Source: Pseudomonas aeruginosa PAO1 (GTDB lineage Bacteria; Pseudomonadota; Gammaproteobacteria; Pseudomonadales; Pseudomonadaceae). From it: a stretch of 64,000 bases of DNA. A model generated the notes under the pieces. That model was given only the letters and a program-made list of their open reading frames with translations. It had not been told where the DNA came from and ran no database searches. A program made the position numbers and the translations under genes. Shown piece after piece: positions 33,096-44,327 of the stretch. How positions within the stretch are numbered: position 1 is the stretch's first letter; every line of letters begins with the position of its first letter. The DNA is taken from the NCBI RefSeq assembly GCF_000006765.1, contig NC_002516.2; one strand, 5' to 3'.

Positions 33096-33613
33096 CCCTT
33101 ATTCCTTTTATTGGGTGGCGCGTGCCGCTTCCCTTGATCGGGTCAGGTTGCCGCTACTGTGGAAGAAGCGTCGAGGACTCGATAGATAGCGCCCGAGTGT
33201 TTCAACTTGTCTTCTGGATGACGTTTTCATCGGGGAAACCTCCCGTCGGTCAGTGAAGCGCAAGGGCTGGCGTGCGAGGGTGGAATCGGCCGCCGGCTCG
33301 CTTTCTGCGCGGCGGGCGCACGGCACGGGGAGTCGTCGTTTTGGAGGTGAGGGATGACGGCTCTGTTTCAGGATATTTTTATAATTATGTGAAAGAAGAG
33401 CTTATTTCAACGAAATATGTTTCATATTGCTCGTAAATTCGACGAAAAGAAAATCCGGATATTTACCGGTTATTTAACGTTAATACCAAGGGCCTAATAC
33501 CAAAGTATTAACGCTGGCATGCCGGCATGTCGTGTTCGGTCGTGGAGCGAGCCGAGCCAGGAACGGTTCTAAGAAACGAAAAAATTATGTCGCGTAGGTC
33601 TAACGACCGAAAC

Positions 33614-33629
33614 CTATGTCTTTTGTTAG
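33614..33629 (-). promoter_or_regulatory. las box upstream of mvfR
   Basis: CTAACAAAAGACATAG on the minus strand, CT-N12-AG. Confidence 0.75.
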
Positions 33630-33842
33630 CGTAGCCACCGGCCAGGCCGGTACGGATGCCGGGATGGCCCTGGCGCGACCTATGCGGTTAGAATCCGCGG
33701 CCTTGCAGGCGGATCCCCGGGGTTTGCTCAAGGGGACACGGGTGCCGTGCCCGAAACCTGCAATCGTCAGTTCCCTGCGGTCCAGCCTGCCGCCGGGTAT
33801 AAAATCGAGAGACGCGCTGTTGCGCCTTCAGGTGTAGCGACT

Positions 33843-34901
33843 ATGACGCACATTTCCGAACGACTCCTGGTACAGGCCCACCTGGCCGCCAAGCAACCCC
33901 GTGTGTTGAGCGAGCAGGAGAGCGCCGAGCATCGCGCGGCGATCGCGGCCGAACTGAAGGCGCAAAATGCTGTACTGGTGGCGCATTACTACTGCGACCC
34001 GGTGATCCAGGCGTTGGCCGAGGAGACCGGCGGTTGCGTATCCGATTCGCTGGAGATGGCCCGTTTCGGCAACCAGCATCCGGCGCAGACGGTGGTCGTG
34101 GCCGGGGTGCGCTTCATGGGCGAGACGGCGAAGATCCTCAACCCTGAGAAGCGTGTGCTGATGCCGACCCTCGAAGCGACCTGCTCGCTCGACCTGGGAT
34201 GCCCGGTGGATGAATTCTCGGCTTTCTGCGACCAGCACCCGGAACGGACCGTGGTGGTCTATGCGAACACCTCCGCGGCGGTGAAGGCACGCGCCGACTG
34301 GGTCGTGACCTCCAGTTGCGCGGTGGAGATCGTCGAACACCTGATGGACAACGGCGAGCCCATCCTCTGGGCGCCGGACCAGCACCTGGGACGCTACATC
34401 CAGCGCGAGACGGGGGCCGACATGCTGCTCTGGGATGGCGCCTGTATCGTCCACGAGGAGTTCAAGGCCAAGCAGCTGGAAGACATGAAGGCGCTCTACC
34501 CGGACGCCGCCATCCTGGTCCACCCCGAATCGCCGGAAAGCGTGGTCGCGCTGGCCGATGCCGTGGGCTCGACCAGCCAGTTGATCAAGGCCGCGCAGAC
34601 CCTGCCGAACAAGACCTTCATCGTCGCCACCGATCGCGGCATCTTCTACAAGATGCAGCAGTTGTGCCCGGACAAGGATTTCATCGAGGCCCCCACCGCC
34701 GGCAACGGCGCCGCCTGCCGCAGCTGCGCGCACTGCCCGTGGATGGCGATGAACACGCTCGAGCGGACCCTGGCCTGCCTGCGCGAGGGCAGCGGGGAAA
34801 TCTTCGTCGACCCGGCGTTGATCCCGCGGGCGGTCCGTCCGCTCAAGCGCATGCTCGACTTCACCCAGGCCGCGCGCCTGCGCCAGGCCGGGAACGCCTG
34901 A
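33843..34901 (+). CDS. nadA: Quinolinate synthase
   Basis: [29 protein letters not shown] [4Fe-4S] Cys motifs. Confidence 0.96.
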   Translation: MTHISERLLVQAHLAAKQPRVLSEQESAEHRAAIAAELKAQNAVLVAHYYCDPVIQALAEETGGCVSDSLEMARFGNQHPAQTVVVAGVRFMGETAKILNPEKRVLMPTLEATCSLDLGCPVDEFSAFCDQHPERTVVVYANTSAAVKARADWVVTSSCAVEIVEHLMDNGEPILWAPDQHLGRYIQRETGADMLLWDGACIVHEEFKAKQLEDMKALYPDAAILVHPESPESVVALADAVGSTSQLIKAAQTLPNKTFIVATDRGIFYKMQQLCPDKDFIEAPTAGNGAACRSCAHCPWMAMNTLERTLACLREGSGEIFVDPALIPRAVRPLKRMLDFTQAARLRQAGNA

Positions 34902-34924
34902 TCCTGGCGAGGGCGTCCCGCTGC

Positions 34925-34958
34925 GTAGGGCGAGTAAGCGCGGTGCGGTTGTTCGCCC
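34925..34958. repeat. Degenerate GTAG-type REP palindrome
   Basis: GTAGGGCGAGTAA...TTGTTCGCCC between convergent genes. Confidence 0.5.
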
Positions 34959-35009
34959 AACCCCCTGTTTCGATGAGCTTCGCCGGGTGTTTTTCCTCGG
35001 ATATGCCGC

Positions 35010-36443
35010 TCAGCGGAACATTTCCTTGACCATCTTTTCCTGCTGGCGAATTTCCTGCTGGCGAGCGTCGAGTCGCGCAGCCAGTTGGAAGTTGCCGCCA
35101 GCGCGGCGCTTGGCGAAATCGAGCTGCTCGATGGCGGCCTGGTAGTCGCCGGTCAGAGACAGGTACTCGGCCCGGGCCTGGTGCACGCCGATGGCGTTGT
35201 TGGTCAGGCTGCGCACCTCGGCCAGGCGGTTCCAGACATCCGGGTCCAGCGGCCGCGCCTTGCTCAGGTCGTCGAGGATCTTCTCCGATTCCTGCGGCTT
35301 GCCCATCTTCAGCATCAGGTCGGCGCGCACCTGTTTCAGCGGGTAGCTGCTGGGGAACTGGGCGAGCATCTTCTTCAACCGCTGGTCGGCATCCGGCAGG
35401 CGGTTGGCGGTGATGTCCAGCTCGACCTGGGCCAGGTTGTAGGCCACGTCGTTGGGTGCCTTCGCCAGCAATTGCCTGAGGTTGTCACGGGCATCGTTGA
35501 GCTGGCCGATGCGCGTCTGCGAGATGGCCAGTCCGTAGCGCGCGGCATCCAGCTTGGGATTGTCGTTGAGCATGGCGCGGAAGCGCTTGCCGGCCATCCC
35601 CGGGGTTTCCTCGAAGAGCAACTGGGTGCGCGCGCGCATCTGCTGGTAGCGCAAGCTGTCTTCCTTGCCGCCCTGGGGATACTGTTCGGCGCGGTTGCGG
35701 GTGTCGGCGATACGCGATTCGGTGACCGGGTGGGTGAGGAGGAACTCCGGCGGCTTGCCGTCGTAGCGGTACTGCCGCGCCAGGCGCTCGAACATGTTCG
35801 GCATCGAGCGCGGATCGTAACCGGCGCGAACCATGTTGGTGACGCCGACGCGGTCGGCTTCCTGCTCGTTCTGCCGGGAAAAGCGCAACTGGTTCTGGAT
35901 CGCCGCCGCCTGGGTCCCGGCGATCGCCGCGATACCCGCATCCCCTGCGCCGGCGGCCGCGGCGACGATGCCGGCGAGCATCGCTGCCATCACCGGCAGT
36001 TGCATGCGCTGCTGTGCCTCGATGCCGCGGGCGAAGTGGCGCTGGATCAGGTGGCCGAGTTCGTGGGCCAGCACCGCGGCATACTCGCCTTCGGTCTGGG
36101 CGTTGAGCAGTAGCCCGCCGTTGACCCCGATCACGCCGCCGGGCGCGGCGAAGGCGTTGATCTGTGCGTCGCGGATGAGGATGAAGGCCAGCCGGTGATC
36201 CTGCAGGTCGCTGGTTTCGGCCAGCCGGTAGACGCTGCTTTCGACGAAGTCCTTGAGCTGCGGGTCGGAGATCGCATCGACCTGGTTGCGCAGCATGCTC
36301 AGCCAGGCGCGGCCCAGCTGGAACTCCTGCTCCGGCGAAACGATCGAGGAAGATGCGTCGCCCAGGGAGGGCAGATCGTCCGACATGACCGGCGAAGCGA
36401 GCATGCAGGCGAGCGTCAACAGGGCAGGGCGCAGTACATTCAT
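35010..36443 (-). CDS. bepA: M48 metalloprotease with TPR, BepA/YfgC family
   Basis: Signal peptide, INAFAAPGG, AHELGH (HExxH), FLLTHP. Confidence 0.88.
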   Translation of the reverse strand: MNVLRPALLTLACMLASPVMSDDLPSLGDASSSIVSPEQEFQLGRAWLSMLRNQVDAISDPQLKDFVESSVYRLAETSDLQDHRLAFILIRDAQINAFAAPGGVIGVNGGLLLNAQTEGEYAAVLAHELGHLIQRHFARGIEAQQRMQLPVMAAMLAGIVAAAAGAGDAGIAAIAGTQAAAIQNQLRFSRQNEQEADRVGVTNMVRAGYDPRSMPNMFERLARQYRYDGKPPEFLLTHPVTESRIADTRNRAEQYPQGGKEDSLRYQQMRARTQLLFEETPGMAGKRFRAMLNDNPKLDAARYGLAISQTRIGQLNDARDNLRQLLAKAPNDVAYNLAQVELDITANRLPDADQRLKKMLAQFPSSYPLKQVRADLMLKMGKPQESEKILDDLSKARPLDPDVWNRLAEVRSLTNNAIGVHQARAEYLSLTGDYQAAIEQLDFAKRRAGGNFQLAARLDARQQEIRQQEKMVKEMFR

Positions 36444-36605
36444 GCAGGAGGCTCAGGTTGGCAAAGGCCTTACTTTAGCCGTTGGTTATCGGCACTGCCT
36501 AGGTATCTGCCCGAGACCCGAAGCTGTTGGACTTCGAGCGCCGTTTCAACTGGCCAGCGGCGGATAGGCTTGGGTATGCTTGTCGGCCCTTCGGGAGAGG
36601 CTGTC

Positions 36606-36857
36606 ATGACGGATAACGATTCATCCCCCCTGGTATGTGACGCGGAGCTGGATGCCAGTGGTCTCAATTGTCCGCTGCCCCTGCTAAAGGCCAAGCTGGA
36701 GCTGAACCGCCTGCCCAGCGGCGGGGTGCTCAAGGTGATCGCCACCGATGCCGGGTCGCAGCGAGACTTCCGGGCCTTCGCCCAGCTCGCCGGCCATGAA
36801 CTGCTGCGCGAAGAGGCCGCCGAAGGCGTCTATCGATACTGGCTGCGCAAGCGTTAG
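36606..36857 (+). CDS. TusA/SirA-family sulfur carrier (PA1006)
   Basis: LDASGLNCPLP (CPxP) motif. Confidence 0.9.
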   Translation: MTDNDSSPLVCDAELDASGLNCPLPLLKAKLELNRLPSGGVLKVIATDAGSQRDFRAFAQLAGHELLREEAAEGVYRYWLRKR

Positions 36858-36890
36858 CGGAGCCTTCGCCGTTCCGATTCAGGATTTCCG

Positions 36891-37964
36891 ATGATCAAGG
36901 TGTTACGCGACTGGATGCAGCGCTACTTCTCCGACGAGGAGGCAGTGGTGCTGGCGATCATGCTGGTGCTCGGCTTCAGCGTCATCCTCGCCTTCGGCGG
37001 GATGCTCGCGCCGGTACTGGCGGCGATGGTGATCGCCTTCCTGATCCAGGGCGTGGTCGGCATGCTGGAACGCTTCCGGGTGCCGCACCTGTTCGCCGTG
37101 TGGCTGGTCTACAGCCTGTTCCTCGGCTTGCTGGCGCTGTTCCTGGTGGTCCTGCTGCCGCTGCTCTGGCAGCAATTGTTCACCCTGTTCAACGAATTGC
37201 CGCGGATGCTCGGCGAATGGCAGAGCGTGCTGCTGATGCTGCCCGAGCGCTATCCCAGCCTGATCAGCGAGGAGCAGGTGCTCAAGGCCATCGAGACCGC
37301 GCGCGGCGAATTCGGCCAGATCGGCCAGTGGGCGCTGACCTCGTCGCTGGCCAGCCTGCCGGTGGTGGTGAACGTCATGATCTACCTGGTGCTGGTGCCG
37401 ATCCTGGTGTTCTTCTTCCTCAAGGACAAGAAGCGCTTCCATACCTGGTTCCACCGCTACCTGCCGCGCGAGCGCGGGCTGATGAAACAGGTCTGGGCCG
37501 AGATGAACCAGCAGATCGCCAATTACATTCGCGGCAAGGTCATCGAGATCGTCATTACCGGCGCGGTGACCTACATCGCCTTCGCCTACCTGGGGCTCAA
37601 CTACGCAGCGCTGCTGGCCCTGCTGGTCGGCCTGTCGGTGGTGGTGCCGTACATCGGCGCGGTGGTGGTGAGCGTACCGGTGGCGATGATCGCCTTCTTC
37701 CAGTGGGGCTGGAGCGACCAGTTCATCTACCTGATGGTGGCCCACGCGATCATCCAGGCGCTGGATGGCAACGTGCTGGTGCCGCTGCTGTTCTCCGAGG
37801 CGGTGAACCTGCACCCGGTGGCGATCATCTGCGCGGTGTTGCTGTTCGGCGGGCTCTGGGGCTTCTGGGGCGTGTTCTTCGCGATCCCCCTGGCGACCCT
37901 GGTGAAAGCGGTGCTGGATGCCTGGCCCAAGGACCTTCCCGAGACTCCGGCAGCCACGCGATAG
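36891..37964 (+). CDS. AI-2E/PerM-family membrane transporter
   Basis: Multi-TM protein; VVPYIG and DGNVLVPLLFSEAVNLHP motifs. Confidence 0.88.
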   Translation: MIKVLRDWMQRYFSDEEAVVLAIMLVLGFSVILAFGGMLAPVLAAMVIAFLIQGVVGMLERFRVPHLFAVWLVYSLFLGLLALFLVVLLPLLWQQLFTLFNELPRMLGEWQSVLLMLPERYPSLISEEQVLKAIETARGEFGQIGQWALTSSLASLPVVVNVMIYLVLVPILVFFFLKDKKRFHTWFHRYLPRERGLMKQVWAEMNQQIANYIRGKVIEIVITGAVTYIAFAYLGLNYAALLALLVGLSVVVPYIGAVVVSVPVAMIAFFQWGWSDQFIYLMVAHAIIQALDGNVLVPLLFSEAVNLHPVAIICAVLLFGGLWGFWGVFFAIPLATLVKAVLDAWPKDLPETPAATR

Positions 37965-37985
37965 CATCGGCCGCATGAAAAATGC

Positions 37986-38013
37986 AAAAGGCCGCGGATG
38001 CGGCCTTTTTTTT
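37986..38013. terminator. Bidirectional terminator
   Basis: AAAAGGCCGC-ggat-GCGGCCTTTTTTTT between convergent genes. Confidence 0.88.
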
Positions 38014-38024
38014 CGGGGCGGGGC

Positions 38025-38498
38025 TCAGGCGCCGTTGAGCGCCTGGGCGGCGGCGAGAACCGCGTCGACATGCCCGGGCACCTTCACGCCGCGCCACTCC
38101 TGGCGCAGTACGCCGTCCCTGTCGATCAGGAAGGTGCTGCGGTCGACGCCCATGTATTCCTTGCCGTAGAGCTTCTTCAGCTTGATCACGTCGAACAGTT
38201 GGCAGACCGCTTCATCCTTGTCGCTGATCAGCTCGAAGGGGAATTCCTGTTTGCACTTGAAGTTCTCGTGGGACTTCAGGCCGTCGCGGGAGATGCCGAA
38301 GACCTCGGTATTGGCCTTCTGGAACGCCGCGTACTGGTCGCGGAAGCCCTGGCCCTCGGTGGTGCAACCGGGGGTGCTGTCCTTCGGGTAGAAGTACAGG
38401 ACGACCTGCTTGCCCTTCAACGCGGACAGGGTCACCTCCTTGCCGCTGGTTGCGGGGGCGGTGAAGTCGGGTACGGGTTTGTCGATTGCGACCGGCAT
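38025..38498 (-). CDS. bcp: Peroxiredoxin Bcp
   Basis: YFYPKDSTPGCTTEGQGF peroxidatic motif. Confidence 0.94.
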   Translation of the reverse strand: MPVAIDKPVPDFTAPATSGKEVTLSALKGKQVVLYFYPKDSTPGCTTEGQGFRDQYAAFQKANTEVFGISRDGLKSHENFKCKQEFPFELISDKDEAVCQLFDVIKLKKLYGKEYMGVDRSTFLIDRDGVLRQEWRGVKVPGHVDAVLAAAQALNGA

Positions 38499-38509
38499 GG
38501 CTCGGTTCC

Positions 38510-39067
38510 TCAGGGGTGTTGGGGGCGCCAGGGTTCGATCAGGGCATCCAGGTTCAGGGCGTCGGCGAAGTCCAGGAACTGGTCGCGCAGCCAACTGATC
38601 TGGGTGCCGGCGGGCAGCGTCACGGTAATCGTGGCGTTGAGCATGGTGGTGTTGGTGTGCGGCGCCTGGTAGGTGTCGCAGGTCAGGTTCTCCAGCTCGA
38701 TGTTGTGGTCGATGAAGAACTGGCAGAGTTCGTTGAGGATGTCCGGGCGATACACCGCGCTGACATAGGCCACGTAAGGCAACGCCTGGGCGCGGGTCAC
38801 GTGGGCGTTGCTGCGGGTCATGCTGAGGGTGATGTCGCCGCGCTTGGTGAGGGCCGGCAGGCTGCCCTCGAGGCGGGCGAGGGCATCCCAGCTTCCGGAG
38901 ATCTGCAGCACCAGGGCGCTGAACTCTCCGTGGCGGGTCAGGCGGCTGCTGACCACGGCGCAGCGGCTCTCGACGCAGGCGCGGCAGAGCAGGGTGGTCA
39001 GCTCCATCGGATTGGGGCCGAGGGCGCTGATCAGAAGGAATTGTTCGCGGGGTTGGCTGGTGGACAT
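38510..39067 (-). CDS. GcvR-like ACT-domain protein
   Basis: Two ACT repeats; bcp-gcvR-dapA synteny as in E. coli. Confidence 0.85.
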   Translation of the reverse strand: MSTSQPREQFLLISALGPNPMELTTLLCRACVESRCAVVSSRLTRHGEFSALVLQISGSWDALARLEGSLPALTKRGDITLSMTRSNAHVTRAQALPYVAYVSAVYRPDILNELCQFFIDHNIELENLTCDTYQAPHTNTTMLNATITVTLPAGTQISWLRDQFLDFADALNLDALIEPWRPQHP

Positions 39068-39250
39068 TCAACTTTCCTGGAATACGCTGGCGGCACGGGC
39101 CGTACCTAAAGCGGGAAGGGTAGCGAAAAGCGCCGCCGAGGGAAACGTCTGCCGCCTGTCAGCGGCTTCCGACGAGGTGGCGCTCGTCTTGTGCAAGGCC
39201 TGCCGCCGACAGTACCATTACCGCTTTAATTTCGCGGCAGGAGCGGTTGC

Positions 39251-40129
39251 ATGATTGCGGGCAGTATGGTGGCACTGGTCACCCCCTTCGATGCTCAGGG
39301 TCGACTGGACTGGGACAGCCTCGCCAAGCTGGTGGACTTCCACTTGCAGGAAGGCACCAACGCCATCGTCGCCGTCGGCACCACCGGTGAATCGGCCACG
39401 CTGGACGTGGAAGAGCACATCCAGGTGATCCGTCGCGTGGTCGACCAGGTTAAGGGCCGCATCCCGGTGATCGCCGGCACCGGCGCCAACTCCACCCGCG
39501 AGGCGGTGGCGCTGACCGAGGCCGCGAAAAGCGGCGGCGCCGACGCCTGCCTGCTGGTGACGCCGTACTACAACAAGCCGACCCAGGAAGGCATGTACCA
39601 GCACTTCCGCCATATCGCCGAAGCCGTTGCGATCCCGCAGATCCTCTACAACGTACCGGGCCGCACCTCCTGCGACATGCTTCCGGAGACCGTCGAGCGC
39701 CTGTCCAAGGTGCCGAACATCATCGGCATCAAGGAGGCCACCGGCGACCTGCAACGCGCCAAGGAAGTCATCGAGCGCGTCGGCAAGGACTTCCTCGTCT
39801 ATTCCGGCGACGACGCCACGGCCGTCGAGCTGATGCTGCTGGGTGGCAAGGGCAACATCTCGGTGACCGCCAACGTCGCGCCGCGCGCCATGAGCGACCT
39901 GTGCGCCGCCGCCATGCGCGGCGACGCCGCAGCCGCGCGCGCCATCAACGATCGCCTGATGCCGCTGCACAAGGCGCTGTTCATCGAATCCAACCCCATT
40001 CCGGTGAAGTGGGCCCTGCATGAGATGGGTCTGATCCCCGAGGGCATCCGCCTGCCCCTGACCTGGCTCAGCCCGCGTTGCCACGAGCCGCTGCGTCAGG
40101 CCATGCGCCAGACCGGCGTATTGGCTTGA
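39251..40129 (+). CDS. dapA: 4-hydroxy-tetrahydrodipicolinate synthase
   Basis: GTTGES, YNVPGRT, GIKEA. Confidence 0.97.
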
Positions 40130-40146
40130 TCAAGGAGCTCCACGCA

Positions 40147-41337
40147 ATGAAGCGACTGGCTGGACTGACCGCCCTCGCCCTGGTTATCGGCAACACTTCC
40201 GGCTGCGGCTGGCTGTGGGGGCCGGAGGGCTATTTCCGCGACCGCGGTGACGACTACCTCGGCGCCCGCGAAACGCCTCCCATGCAATTGCCCGAAGGGG
40301 TGCACAGCAAGCCGCTCGATCCGCTGCTGCCGATTCCGCTGAACGTCGCCACCACCCACGAAAAAGAGGGTGAGTACGAGGTTCCGCGTCCGCAGCCGCT
40401 GGCCAACGCCGGCGACATCAGCGACTACAGCCTGCAGCGCAGCGGTGATAGCCGCTGGGTCGTGGCCCAGCGTCCGCCGGCGGAAGTCTGGCCGGTGGCC
40501 CGGCAGTTCTTCGAGGAGAACGGTTTCCGCATCGCCGACGAGCGCCCGCAGACCGGCGAGTTCAGTTCCGACTGGCAATCGCTGTCGCAGCTTTCCGCGC
40601 CGCTGGCACGCCGCCTTAGCAGCCGCGTGAGCGGTGTCGAGCCGGACGGCCAGGCACGGGTTCGGGTGCGTATCGAGCCCGGCGTGCAAAGCAATACCAG
40701 CGAGGTCTACGTGCTCAGCCAGACCCGCGCCGCCGGTGACACCAGCAGCCCGAGCTGGCCGAGCAAGTCGGTGGCGCCGAGCCTCGACGCGGCGCTGCTC
40801 GACGAGATGGTCGCGAGCATGGCGCGCAGCGCCGAGCAGGGCGGCTCGGTCTCCCTGCTGGCAGCCAACTCGATCTACGACACGCCCGGCACCTTCGAGT
40901 TGAGCAAGGACGGCAGCGGCAACCCGGTGCTGACCTTGCAGTCCGACTTCGACCGCTCCTGGGTCAGCGTCGGGCGTGCCCTGGATAACGCCGATATCCG
41001 CGTCGACGACCTCAACCGCAGCCTTGGCGTGTACTACGTGAACATCGCCGAAGGGGCGAAGAAGCCCGACGAAGACAAGCCCGGGTTCTTCAGTCGCCTG
41101 TTCGGCGGCGGCGAGAAGACCAAGGAAGAGGAAGACGCCAAGGCGCAGCGCTACCAGGTCCGCCTGACCACCGTCAGCGACGCCGTGCAGGTCACCGTCG
41201 ACAAGGACATCAACACCTCTGCGCCGGCCGATGTCGCGCAAAACGTACTGGAAAAACTCCAGGAGAGCATGCGCAATGCGGTTCGCGGTTCTGGGCAGCG
41301 GAAGCCGGGGCAATTCGGCCTTGGTGAGCAGTTCTGA
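40147..41337 (+). CDS. bamC: Outer membrane assembly lipoprotein BamC/NlpB
   Basis: Lipobox NTSGC; follows dapA. Confidence 0.85.
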
Positions 41338-42034
41338 CACCCGGATACTGATCGATTGCGGCTTCCCGCTGCGTGAAATCATCAAGCGTCTGGCGCGCCT
41401 GGGGCTGAGTCCCGCGCAGCTGGACGCGATCCTGGTCACGCACGAACACGCCGATCACATCCATGGCGTCGAACTGCTGGCGCGGCATTACCAAATCCCG
41501 GTCTATCTCAGTGCGGGTACCCTGAGCGGCATGCGCCGCCCGGTGCACCCCGTCGAGCTGTTGAGGGCCGGCCAGCGCCTGGCGATCCGCGGGCTGGAAG
41601 TGCAGGTGGTTGGCGTCTCGCACGACGCCCGCGAGCCTACCCAGTTCGTGCTGTCCGACGGACAGCGGCGCTTCGGCATGCTCACCGATCTGGGAGTGGC
41701 CACGGCCGAGGTGCTGGAGTGCTATCGTGCGGTGGATGCTCTGGTGGTCGAGGCCAACCACGACAGCACGATGCTTGCCGGTGGCCCGTATCCCTATTTT
41801 CTCAAGGCCCGCGTAGGCGGTTCGCGAGGGCACTTGAACAACCATCAGTCCGCAGAACTGGTGAAGCAGCTGGATTGGGGTCGCATGCAGCACCTGGTGC
41901 TGGCCCATCTCAGCGAAAAGAACAACTCGCCGCAGCTGGCCCGGCAAACCTTCGTCGACACCCTCGGGTGCGATCCGGGCTGGCTGCAGGTGGCCGATCA
42001 GCATTCAGGCCTGGATTGGCGCGAGATCGCCTAG
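41276..42034 (+). CDS. MBL-fold metallo-hydrolase (YycJ-like)
   Basis: [29 protein letters not shown]. Confidence 0.88.
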
Positions 42035-42062
42035 GCCCTATTACCCGTAAGCGGAGCCCATC

Positions 42063-42773
42063 ATGGAAAAACGCGAAGAACTCTACCGCGGCAAAGCCAA
42101 GTCGGTTTACCAGACCGACGATGCCGATCGTCTCATCCTGCTGTTCCGCAACGACACCTCCGCCTTCGACGGCAAGCGCATCGAACAGCTCGATCGCAAG
42201 GGCGCGGTGAACAACAAGTTCAACGCCTTCATCATGCAGAAGCTGGAAGCTGCCGGCATTCCGACCCAGTTCGACAAGCTGCTGTCGGATACCGAGTGCC
42301 TGGTGAAGAAGCTCGACATGATCCCGGTCGAGTGCGTGGTGCGCAATTTCGCCGCCGGCAGCCTGGTGCGTCGCCTCGGCGTGGAAGAGGGCATCGCCCT
42401 GACTCCTCCCACCTTCGAGTTGTTCCTGAAGAACGACGCCCTGGGCGATCCGTTCATCAACGAATCCCACGTCCAGGCCTTCGGCTGGGCCACTCCCGAG
42501 CAGCTGGCGCAGATGAAGACCTATTCCTTCAAGGTCAATGAAGTGCTGAACAAGCTGTTCGACGATGCCGGTCTGCTGCTGGTGGACTTCAAGCTGGAGT
42601 TCGGCCTGTTCCATGGCCAGATCGTCCTCGGCGACGAGTTCAGCCCGGACGGCTGCCGTCTGTGGGACAAGGAAACCCGCAAGAAGATGGACAAGGACCG
42701 CTTCCGCCAGGGCCTCGGCGATGTGATCGAAGCCTACGAAGAGGTAGCCAAGCGCCTGGGCGTGCCGCTTTAA
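42063..42773 (+). CDS. purC: SAICAR synthase
   Basis: [28 protein letters not shown]. Confidence 0.97.
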   Translation: MEKREELYRGKAKSVYQTDDADRLILLFRNDTSAFDGKRIEQLDRKGAVNNKFNAFIMQKLEAAGIPTQFDKLLSDTECLVKKLDMIPVECVVRNFAAGSLVRRLGVEEGIALTPPTFELFLKNDALGDPFINESHVQAFGWATPEQLAQMKTYSFKVNEVLNKLFDDAGLLLVDFKLEFGLFHGQIVLGDEFSPDGCRLWDKETRKKMDKDRFRQGLGDVIEAYEEVAKRLGVPL

Positions 42774-42866
42774 CCTCCTAACGCGCGCAACCATCTGAAA
42801 GAACGCGAAAAAATCTTCAAGAAAGCTTCGCGTTCTTCGTACAAGCTGGTATCATGCGCGCCGCAC

Positions 42867-42956
42867 GGAGAGATGCCGGAGTGGTCGAACGGGACGGATT
42901 CGAAATCCGTTGAGTCAGCAATGGCTCCTAGGGTTCAAATCCCTATCTCTCCGCCA
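42867..42956 (+). tRNA. tRNA-Ser(CGA)
   Basis: 90 nt with long variable arm; anticodon arm ACGGA-ttCGAaa-TCCGT; CCA end. Confidence 0.97.
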
Positions 42957-42968
42957 TTACATATGAGC

Positions 42969-43010
42969 AAAGCCCCTGGAATGCCTGGCGTTCCGGGGGC
43001 TTTGTCTTTT
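42969..43010 (+). terminator. tRNA-Ser terminator
   Basis: AAAGCCCCTGGAA...TTCCGGGGGCTTT followed by a T-rich tail. Confidence 0.8.
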
Positions 43011-43388
43011 CTGGCGAGCGTTCGGGCATCCCCTCTGCGGGGCGGGCGAAAAAGCCGTGCCATGGTTTCGGGTGCCGGCCAGGTCGTGCAGCTTTCCTAG
43101 GAATGCTGCGGGCCCTTCCTTCTTCTCTGGGTGGTCGTCCCGCTCTGCCTGGGTTTCGTGGGTGCGCTGAGCGCGCATTTCTCCACCGCTTCCGATTTTC
43201 TGTCCTTCGAGCGCCGGGTCGGGCGACCTGCCGGTTTCGATGGTCGGTGCGGTTCTTCTTAGTATAGTATCCCGGCGCTTGAAGGCGCCGCGGATGTGTG
43301 GCCGAGCTGCATGGCACGGTTTCCTTCCGACGGGCAGCCAGGTTATCGGTTTGTGCCGAGTCCCGGATCCGGGGCTGGGGAGGAAGAA

Positions 43389-44288
43389 ATGCGTCCGCTC
43401 GTTTCCGTCGTTTGCGCCTGTTTCAATATCTCGAAGTATCTGGACGAGGCGATCGCCAGCATCTACGCGCAGGGCTATCCCAATCTCGAGTTGATCGTGG
43501 TGGATGACGGATCCACGGACGACACCTATGAGCGTCTCGCCATGCTCCGCGAGCGTCACGGCTTCCAGCTCTACCGCCAGGCTAACCGAGGGGTGAGCGA
43601 CGCGCTCAATCACGGTTTGCGTCATGCGCGGGGCGAGTTCGTGATGACTCCCGACCTGGACGACATTCTCCTGCCTGGAGCGCTCGACACGCGCGTCGAC
43701 TACTTGCTTGCGCACCCCGAGGTCGGGTGCGTGGGCGGTTTCAATATCTGTATCGACAGTGCTGGTAACGAAGTGGCGCGAGACGGTTTCAGCGAGGGGT
43801 GTGTGGAGCGTTGGGGGTTCGATGCAGCATTGGCCGAGACCCTGGTGGTCATGCCGCTGACGGCGCTCTACCGCATGGAAGCGATGAAGCGGGCGGATTT
43901 CTTCGACCCGTCGATTCGCGTGCAGGATTTCCAGATCACCCTAAGGATCGCGGCGCAGGGCTATGAAATTCATCGACTGCCGGCCTACATGGGGCGTTAT
44001 CGCCGGCATGGAAGCGGTCTGTCCGGCAGGTACAAGCTCAATTACGAGGCGGATATGCAAGCCATTGAGCCTTATCGGGCTCACCCGAATTATCGCCGGG
44101 CCCGGCAACTGATCCTGAACAAGGCGCTGAAGAAGGCTGTTGTCCAGGATGGGCGATATGCCTGGCAGTTGTTCCGCTCGGTGCCGCTGAGGGCGTGGGA
44201 CCGGGTGACGCTGAAGCGATTCTGGCGCTTTCTCCGTTATCTGCCGGTCCTCGGGTTGAAAGGTGGTACCGGCGTCGAGGGTCGATGA
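43389..44288 (+). CDS. wapB: GT2 glycosyltransferase WapB (LPS outer core); ORF is open from 43296
   Basis: PLVSVVCACFN, VVDDGSTD, PDLDD (DxD); position after tRNA-Ser recalled for wapB. Confidence 0.82.
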   Translation: MRPLVSVVCACFNISKYLDEAIASIYAQGYPNLELIVVDDGSTDDTYERLAMLRERHGFQLYRQANRGVSDALNHGLRHARGEFVMTPDLDDILLPGALDTRVDYLLAHPEVGCVGGFNICIDSAGNEVARDGFSEGCVERWGFDAALAETLVVMPLTALYRMEAMKRADFFDPSIRVQDFQITLRIAAQGYEIHRLPAYMGRYRRHGSGLSGRYKLNYEADMQAIEPYRAHPNYRRARQLILNKALKKAVVQDGRYAWQLFRSVPLRAWDRVTLKRFWRFLRYLPVLGLKGGTGVEGR

Positions 44289-44327
44289 CGGCTGGCCGGC
44301 TAATCTTTCAATGGGTTGAATGCCATT

